Shown here: in pieces, positions 57,403 through 64,000 of the stretch
Numbering within the stretch: position 1 is the stretch's first letter
Layout of the letters: the number at the start of each line of letters is the position of its first letter
Origin: Pelagomonas calceolata
Taxonomy: Eukaryota
NCBI GenBank assembly: GCA_918797485.1
Contig: CAKKNE010000001.1
Span: forward strand, 1,364,001-1,428,000
Reading direction: 5' to 3'
DNA length: 64,000 bases
Made by a program: the position numbers and the translations under genes
Notes under the pieces: model-generated
What the model was told of the DNA's origin: nothing
Seen by the model: only the letters and a program-made list of their open reading frames with translations
The model's database searches: none

Positions 57403-60135
57403 ATGCGGCAGGCGCTCAAATACGCCGTCGGCGCGGCCTGCGCGGTCGTCGCGAGCCACCTGCTGCTCCTGCGAGTCCTCGGCCCCTGCGCCCTCGCGAG
57501 CTTCGTCGAGGGCGACTGCCGCCGCGACGACGAAACGACAAACAACATCGGCCGTAGGGATGCGGGCGCGCGAGCGCGGCGCTACGGCCCCATCGACGTC
57601 GTGTACACGTGGGTGAACGGGAGCGATCCCGTCTGGCTCGCCGCTAAAGCTAGGTACACTCCAAAAAAACATCAGCGACGGCGCCTGCTCTGGAATGACG
57701 ACTACACGCCCTACGACGACTACCAGAAATACCACCACGACGAGTACAAGGGCCACTGGGACGACTACCCCGACTCGTGGGCGGAACCCGTCCCGGAAGA
57801 GAACGCGACGGACGATTCCACACCCGCGCCAACCCCGGACGAGGCCGCGTCCGAGTCCAGATATAGGGACACGGGCGAGCTGCGGTACTCGCTGCGATCG
57901 CTCGAAAAGTACGCGCCCTGGGTGCGCCATATTTATCTGGTCACGGACGACCAAATACCATATTGGCTGAATATGGACTCTGATAGAATAACCGTGGTCT
58001 CCCACAGAGAAATCTTCGGGCGGCGCTTCCGCCAGTACCTGCCCGTGTTCTCCTCGCCGGCCATCGAGACGATGCTCCACAAGATTCGCGGGTTGTCAGA
58101 TAGGTTCATCTACTTCAACGACGACGTGTTACTCGGCGCGGAGACGTGGCCCGACGACTTCCTGACGCCGGCGGGGGCACCTCGAATATACCTCGCGTGG
58201 GACGTGCCGAAATGTTCGAACGAGTGCATGGACACCTGGTTAGGTGATGGTACTTGTGATGCGTCTTGTAATGTCTCAGCGTGCGAGTTCGACCGGGGCG
58301 ACTGCGCCGGCGCGACGGAGGCCGTGACAGCGGACAACAAGTACGGGTCCTTCGACCACCACCACGGCCACGGTTCTGGGAGGAAGTGCCGGCGGGGCTG
58401 CCCCGCGGCCTGGCTCGGGGACGGGACTTGTGATGAAAGATGCAATGTTGTGGACTGTGGTTACGACGCGGGCGACTGCGGTTCGTTTTTGGGGGCGCTC
58501 CCGTCGCAAACGAACGGGACTATTGACATACCGCGCGGGAGTACCGGTGGGTACGCGGATTTGAAGAGCGATTTCGGCGAGAACTGCACGTTTCTCAGGG
58601 CGCATTTCATTCACGCGCCGGAGTTCGTCGTCGAGTCGCTGATCTTGGAGGCGCCGCAGTTGTTACTGGTCTTGGTCGACAAGAACGCCACAAATGCGAC
58701 GACCTGGCGCGCCGTCGTCGAGGCGACCTGTGCGCACGCGAACGCTACTGAGGAGAGAAATAGGACCTACGCGTTTCAGGTGGTTGAGGCCGCGCCGCCC
58801 GTCCTACCCGTAGAGACGGTGACGTCGTGCCTCGCGACGAACTACGGCGCACCTATACAACTCGTTCCCACGTTTCCTACGCGAGCCATACGTCTGAACG
58901 CCACTGAAGACGTTGTGGAAGTCGCCGCGAGCGTCGCGGGCCGGAACGGTACCGTCTCTACCAAACTCACTGTAGAGCTAGAGGCGCTACTTCATGATTC
59001 AAATCTCATGCTGCCGCTGCCCGGCGAGGCGCTCTGGGGCGAGCTGAGTCCGAACGACAAGGCTCATCTTTATGTAGAGAACGGCTCGCACGTCGCCGCT
59101 GTGCTGCGGGTCCTACATAATGGAGAGGAATACGCCTGCGCTGCCTACGACGCCCAATACAGCGACGATGAGCACAGGCAGGGGCGGCGCCTCCTCCTCG
59201 ACTCGTACGGCGAGTCCCTCGTGAGAGCGAACCGGCTCTATGACAACGAGTTCGGTACCAAGCAGAGACGCGTGCCGGCCCATATGCCCCATCTCATCGA
59301 TAAACGAAAGATGGCCGCGCTCCAGAAGCGCTTCCCCGAGCCGTGGGCCGCGACGGCCCGAAGGCGCTTCCGGTCCGGCGAGGACGCGCAGTACGCCTTT
59401 AGCTACATGCACTACGTCATGGAGTCGCACGATGCATATGATGTTTCCATGAGAGAGGTGTGGCGCGACCTCGATAGCGATGGGGATGGGGAATTAAGGG
59501 GCAACGAGGTCATCAGTCTCGCGGCGGGCGTTCTGGGGAAGGAGCCCACGGATGAGGATATTGAGCGCATCTACGCCTGCGCTTCTAGAAGACGAGCCGT
59601 CCCGCGTTTATTTTATGGAAGCGACGCTCGGTCATCAAAATACGAGCGCTACACGAGGATCGTCACGCGCGGGTCCCTCTCTCAGTGTGATGAAGCCGTA
59701 AATGGTCTCAGAGAACAGGCACGCACGCGTTTTAAGAGACGGGGCGCCTACAAGGTCGAAGAGACGCTCGACGAGGTCGCGTTCGAGATGCTGGGCGACG
59801 ACTACGACTCTACAAAACGCCAGCTCGACTCGATAAGGGCGCGGCGCACGAAGTTCGTGTGCGTCAATGACAACGTGAGAATTATGACGCCGGCGCTCGC
59901 GGACCTGTTCGAGGCCTTCTTCCTGTCATTTTATCCATTCCCGTCGTCGTTCGAACTGCCTCATGGAAAGCGAAACGAGTACCTGCGCCTCGACGCTTAT
60001 AACGCGGCGAAGCGGCGCGAGCGGGCGGCGGCGGCCGCGGGGCTGTGTGTGTTGTTGGGGGTGGTGGCGGTCGCGGTGGCGTCCCATGCTTCTCCTTCTT
60101 CTTCTTCTTCTTCGTCGCGGGGGAAGGAGGAGTGA
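57403..60135 (+). CDS. GNPTAB: GlcNAc-1-phosphotransferase alpha/beta-like (Stealth family) with two LNR/Notch repeats and an EF-hand
   Basis: CR1 IDVVYTWVNGSD, CR2 ELRYSLRSLEKYAPWVRHI...FSSPAIE...FIYFNDD, WLGDGTCD..CN twice, CR3 VPAHMPHLID, DSDGDGEL, CR4 KFVCVND; N- and C-terminal TM. Confidence 0.92.
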   Translation: MRQALKYAVGAACAVVASHLLLLRVLGPCALASFVEGDCRRDDETTNNIGRRDAGARARRYGPIDVVYTWVNGSDPVWLAAKARYTPKKHQRRRLLWNDDYTPYDDYQKYHHDEYKGHWDDYPDSWAEPVPEENATDDSTPAPTPDEAASESRYRDTGELRYSLRSLEKYAPWVRHIYLVTDDQIPYWLNMDSDRITVVSHREIFGRRFRQYLPVFSSPAIETMLHKIRGLSDRFIYFNDDVLLGAETWPDDFLTPAGAPRIYLAWDVPKCSNECMDTWLGDGTCDASCNVSACEFDRGDCAGATEAVTADNKYGSFDHHHGHGSGRKCRRGCPAAWLGDGTCDERCNVVDCGYDAGDCGSFLGALPSQTNGTIDIPRGSTGGYADLKSDFGENCTFLRAHFIHAPEFVVESLILEAPQLLLVLVDKNATNATTWRAVVEATCAHANATEERNRTYAFQVVEAAPPVLPVETVTSCLATNYGAPIQLVPTFPTRAIRLNATEDVVEVAASVAGRNGTVSTKLTVELEALLHDSNLMLPLPGEALWGELSPNDKAHLYVENGSHVAAVLRVLHNGEEYACAAYDAQYSDDEHRQGRRLLLDSYGESLVRANRLYDNEFGTKQRRVPAHMPHLIDKRKMAALQKRFPEPWAATARRRFRSGEDAQYAFSYMHYVMESHDAYDVSMREVWRDLDSDGDGELRGNEVISLAAGVLGKEPTDEDIERIYACASRRRAVPRLFYGSDARSSKYERYTRIVTRGSLSQCDEAVNGLREQARTRFKRRGAYKVEETLDEVAFEMLGDDYDSTKRQLDSIRARRTKFVCVNDNVRIMTPALADLFEAFFLSFYPFPSSFELPHGKRNEYLRLDAYNAAKRRERAAAAAGLCVLLGVVAVAVASHASPSSSSSSSRGKEE

Positions 60136-60224
60136 TCTTTTAAGTTTGGTATTTGTGTATTAACCAGGACTTCCAGGTCGCGGTTTCAGAGCACACCTGG
60201 GATACTATAGTAAATCTAGAAACG

Positions 60225-61910
60225 TTACGAGATGGCGCAGCACGACTCCTTCACTGGGGAGCTATTCCGGAAGTCTATACAGTCTAACATCATCCAAGTC
60301 TTGCAGTCTGACCGAAGTCTCCAGTCGCCGAGCGGGTGGTTGAACGAGTAGGCGCTGAGGAACATGCTGCTCATATTCGTGACGTTGTCGACCCGCCAGT
60401 CGTTCAGCGGTTGGTTGAACCGCGAGGCGTGTTCGAACATGCTTCTCATATTCGTGACGTTGTCGACCCGCCAGTCGTTCAGCGGTTGGTTGAACGACGA
60501 GGCGCCCTCGAACATGCAGCTCATATTCCTGACGTTGTCGACCCGCCAGTCGTTCAGCGGCTGGTTGAACGACGAGGCGCCGCAGAACATCGCGCCCATA
60601 TCCGTGACGTTGTCGACCCGCCAGTCGTTCAGCGGCTGGTTGAACGACGAGGCTTTGAAGAACATCCGGCGCATATTCGTGACGTTGTCGACCCGCCAGT
60701 CGCCGAGCGGTTGGTCGAACGACTCGGCCCGTTCGAACATCCTGCTCATATTTGTGACCTTATCGACCCGCCAGTCGTTCAGCGGCTGGTTGAACGACTT
60801 GGCTCCCCAGAACATTATGCTCATATCCATGACCTGGTCGACCCGCCAGCCACCGATCGGCTGGTCGAACGACTCGGCCCGGTCAAACATTTTGTGCATA
60901 TTCGTGACTTTATCGACCTGCCATCCGCCGATCGGTTGGTTGAACGCCGAGGTGCCGCGGAACATGCTGCTCATATCCGTGACCTTGTCGACTCGCCAGC
61001 TGCCTATATTCTGGTTAAATTGCATAGGAGCAGCATCATGCCCGCTGAAGGCGAACATCCCGCGCATCGTCGTGACGCTAGAGGTATCCCACGCGCCGAT
61101 GTCATCGTTAAAGTTTACTTGGTCCTTGAAGAGCTCGCTCGTATCAGTGACTTGGCTCGTATTCCACTTTGAGATGTGGGGCAGGCCTTTTTTCTTGCCT
61201 TTGCACCAGCGCTTCACCCAGTCTCGCAGCGTCTCGTTTGTCAGCACTGGGCCGGTCGCCTCGACGGAGCCGCGCGTCGGGCCTTTCGCGGGCGCCTTGC
61301 GCTCCATGACCTCGGGCACCACCTCGCTCGCGACAACGGGCTCCGACCCGGCCTCCGCCTCCACTCGCACCACCTCTCCCGCCATCACCGGATCTCCCGG
61401 TGCCGTCTCGCCAACAACAGTTCCCTCGACCATCGCGACGACATTGCGGCAATGCGCCTTCCATGCCTCCGCATCATCTTCAAGCACTGGTGAGCCCGGC
61501 TCTTCCTCCGCGACGGCTCCTTCGAACTGGTTCGCCGCGGGGGCGGTCGGCGGGCCCGCGTGGTCGAGGTACGCGTTGGTCACCGCGACGAAGCCCGGCC
61601 AGCTCTCGAGCGTCTCTGGCGACGACGGATACTGACCCCAGGCTGCCCGCAGCGCGTCGCCTTCCGGGCTGCTGTACCAGTCAGCGATGCGTTTGTACAT
61701 CTCTGTCGCGTCGGCTGCACCAGCGGGCGCGGCGTCCTCGGCCTTGCACTGGGCCTCCTCGGCCGCCGTCGGGCCCGTCGCGGCGGCGGCGCCGGCGTCC
61801 TCGCGGAGCTCGTCCCGGAGCATGGCCTTCATGCTCTCGCCGCCGTGGCTGTACTTATGACGCTTCTTCTTCTGGCCCTTGGGCGACTTGGTCGCCACGA
61901 ACAACCCCAT
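60225..61910 (-). CDS. DUF285 (BspA/PARCEL-type) 25-aa repeat protein with C-terminal CaaX-like motif
   Basis: About 11 repeats FNQPLNDWRVDNVTNM..MF..A; ends CCAIS. Confidence 0.9.
   Translation of the reverse strand: MGLFVATKSPKGQKKKRHKYSHGGESMKAMLRDELREDAGAAAATGPTAAEEAQCKAEDAAPAGAADATEMYKRIADWYSSPEGDALRAAWGQYPSSPETLESWPGFVAVTNAYLDHAGPPTAPAANQFEGAVAEEEPGSPVLEDDAEAWKAHCRNVVAMVEGTVVGETAPGDPVMAGEVVRVEAEAGSEPVVASEVVPEVMERKAPAKGPTRGSVEATGPVLTNETLRDWVKRWCKGKKKGLPHISKWNTSQVTDTSELFKDQVNFNDDIGAWDTSSVTTMRGMFAFSGHDAAPMQFNQNIGSWRVDKVTDMSSMFRGTSAFNQPIGGWQVDKVTNMHKMFDRAESFDQPIGGWRVDQVMDMSIMFWGAKSFNQPLNDWRVDKVTNMSRMFERAESFDQPLGDWRVDNVTNMRRMFFKASSFNQPLNDWRVDNVTDMGAMFCGASSFNQPLNDWRVDNVRNMSCMFEGASSFNQPLNDWRVDNVTNMRSMFEHASRFNQPLNDWRVDNVTNMSSMFLSAYSFNHPLGDWRLRSDCKTWMMLDCIDFRNSSPVKESCCAIS
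60310..61010 (-). repeat. Coding 75-bp tandem repeat array
   Basis: Recurring GTGACGTTGTCGACCCGCCAGTCGTTCAGCGG.TGGTTGAAC at 75-nt period. Confidence 0.9.
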
Positions 61911-62194
61911 GGCCCAAGCCTTGTCTTTGGCAGTGGGACAACAAGGATTGCTGCTTGCGGTGGTTAGCTGCCAAAGGGCTGCACGCACGCTTTTCCTCAC
62001 TATCGCTGCGGCTGTCCTGCAGCTGCCCTGCAGATATCTGCCGCGCGCGGCCGGCAGAGCGCTCGAGCTCGATCGCGCTCTCGCAGGGTTCGGGTTTTAC
62101 GGGTTGTCGACGCCATCGAAGCGATTTCCTAAGTATATGTAGATGGAGAGCCAATTACCCAGCGTAGCTAGCTCTCGCCGCGGCGGCGCATCAC

Positions 62195-63200
62195 CTACTT
62201 GCGGCCCGGGATGTACTTGGCGTTGCCCGCGCCGTCGCGAACGGTGGCGCTGCCCGGGCCCTGGTGGACGGTCTCGCCGCCTTTGTTCGTGGTCGACTGC
62301 GACGCCGGGCCGGCGGACGTGTTAATCTGGAACTGGGAGGAGGGCTCTTCTTTGTCGGCCGCGTTCGCGGCCTCGACGGTCGTGGCCGTCGTCGAGTGCT
62401 TGACGGCCTCTCCGGTGGACTCGCCCTCGCCCGAGTACTCGTTTTCCGTCGAGAGCGTCGTGCCCGAGGCGCAGCCGATGCCGACGCCCTCGCCGCCGGT
62501 GCAGTCCGTGTTGGCTTGAGCCGCGACTTGAGCGTCGGGGAAGTAGTTGACGACGCCGGGCGTCGTGGCCGGCGCCGGGAGCGTCGTCGCGTTGCCGACC
62601 TCGATCGTGGGGTCCGGCTCGCACTCCCACACCTGCGTGCACTTGCCTTGCGCCTCGCACCAGCCCCAGCCGCACGCCGAGCCGCCGCCGCAGCAGTCGT
62701 GGTCGTCGTCGCCGGGGCCGCCGACGATCGGCGGGGTGTCGACCGGGACGCGCTCGCCGTTCTCCATGGTCGCGATCACCACCTCGAGGCCCTCGGCATC
62801 GGGCTCAACTTGAGTAGGGGTGCCGCCTATGATGGTCCAGTAGGAGTCGAGCTGCGTCCCGCGGAGCCGCGGCGACCTGTGTGGAAATCAAAATTTTACG
62901 GCGCGTTCGCCATCGACGCGACGCCTGCTCGATGGCGTGGCGATGCCGGTTCTTCGCCGCTCGACCGAGCCAGGTCGGCCGCGTCATCGCCGAGAAATGA
63001 CTTAGTGAAGAATTGTCGGGTGCACCCGACACACTGGTTGATTTCCACACAGGCGGCGACGGGCCCGGCCCGGCGACGGCGAAGAGCGCGCCGCCGGCGC
63101 AAAGGGCCAACGCGAGCACGATGCCGCGGGCGCGGCCATGCGTGACCGCGGCGGCGGGCGCCTCGGCCTCCACGGCGCCGTATTTCGACTGCTGAGACAT
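62195..63200 (-). CDS. Type II membrane protein with a small Cys/Trp module; introner intron 62877-63060
   Basis: Splicing gives GPGP|SPRLRGTQLDSYW...; module GG..DDHDC.....GW.WC....KC...WE. Confidence 0.75.
62877..63052. mobile_element. Intact 176-bp introner with TIR and 8-bp TSD
   Basis: CTGTGTGGAAATCAA...TTGATTTCCACACAG; TSD GCGGCGAC at 62869-62876 and 63053-63060. Confidence 0.95.
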
Positions 63201-63389
63201 CTTGTGCTGATGTATCTAGTGAAAATCGAGCTTCACGCGCCTGCGTTTCGTCACAGCGGTCAAGTGCGCTGCGGAAAGTGAAGTCTGAGGGTCGCGACGA
63301 TCTCTTGTGGCGCTGGTGTCTCGACGTGGCTATTTTGCCCAGACGGGTACTTAATTTTCCCAGCACAAAACCCGCGACACATAGATCAC

Positions 63390-64000
63390 TTACACCCGCA
63401 CATACACCAGCAGTGCCGGAAGCTTCGGCTTCGCCGTGGCCAGCTCCCCGAGCAACCACTCGACGTCGCCGCTCCCGCGGTCGACAAAACGGTCGCGGAG
63501 CGTCCAGCGCGGCGGGTAGCGCAGGTCCACACTGGACGGAGGCGGCCGCGCGTAGGCCGTGTAGTGGTCGCCCTTGAAGCAGACGACGGCGACGCATTGA
63601 TACATGCCTTCCGAGCCGCCGCCGAAGGCCACCGCGGCGTCGAAGGGGAGCAGGGCGCCTCTGACGAGTTGCGCGATCGATGACGACGAGGGCGTCTCCA
63701 TCCAGGTCAGGTTCACGACTAACACCGGTGCCACGGTCTCCATCTCGCCGCCGACGGCGCACGCCCTCTCCCCGCAAGCGGTACCTGTGCGCAAATCAAC
63801 CAGTGCGTCGGGTGCGATGACGCGGCCGTGCTGGCTCCATGGAACAGTGAGGAACCGACAGCCGCCACGCCGTCGAGCAGGCGTCGCGTCGATAGCGTGG
63901 AGGTCATGATAAGCGCCATGAAATTTGATTTGTGCACAGAGCGGTACAAGAGACGGGTTCACTCGCCCGCGCCTCCCGGAACAAATCCGCAAACGTCTGT
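63390..64000 (-). CDS. C-terminal part of a ubiquitin-specific protease (C19, USP53/54-like); intron 63785-63947
   Basis: Splicing gives VSCTACGE; His box VVCFKGDHYTAY, W..RD, P.LLVY. Confidence 0.75.
   Translation of the reverse strand, partial: RRLRICSGRRGRVNPSLVPLCAQIKFHGAYHDLHAIDATPARRRGGCRFLTVPWSQHGRVIAPDALVDLRTGTACGERACAVGGEMETVAPVLVVNLTWMETPSSSSIAQLVRGALLPFDAAVAFGGGSEGMYQCVAVVCFKGDHYTAYARPPPSSVDLRYPPRWTLRDRFVDRGSGDVEWLLGELATAKPKLPALLVYVRV
63785..63939. mobile_element. Intact 155-bp introner with variant TIR and 8-bp TSD
   Basis: CTGTGCGCAAATCAA...TTGATTTGTGCACAG; TSD AGCGGTAC at 63777-63784 and 63940-63947. Confidence 0.93.

Noticed and set aside
60310..61010. Regularly spaced direct repeats resembling a CRISPR array
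   Set aside because: The period is 75 nt (25 codons), the inter-repeat segments are homologous, and the array encodes DUF285 repeats; no cas genes are present.

Overview
GC-rich, gene-dense eukaryotic nuclear DNA. Short introner-like introns and the gene families present suggest a stramenopile alga of pelagophyte type; this assignment is inference. About 28 protein-coding loci are readable. They include a 3384-aa intronless DUF1800-DUF1501 fusion with a stellacyanin-like Cu module and a beta-helix, glutamine synthetase III, TrpRS, a GLYR-type reductase, a GNPTAB/Stealth protein, NRAMP-like and SLC37-like transporters, and sulfo- and glycosyltransferases. Four signals stand out. (1) A ~1.4-kb tract without a credible ORF at 50.3-51.73 kb contains a ~500-nt nested rod-like helix with + strand G-U bias, a candidate large structured ncRNA. 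(2) About 15 introns/insertions derive from a DNA-transposon introner family; four have intact TIRs and 8-bp TSDs, and the family is spliced in either orientation, often with GC donors. (3) A quasi-palindromic CTAGTRT-N7-11-MRCTAG element occurs about 11 times, always between genes. (4) An inverted paralogue pair differs by the exact presence or absence of one intron. All domain calls come from motif recognition by eye, not database searches.
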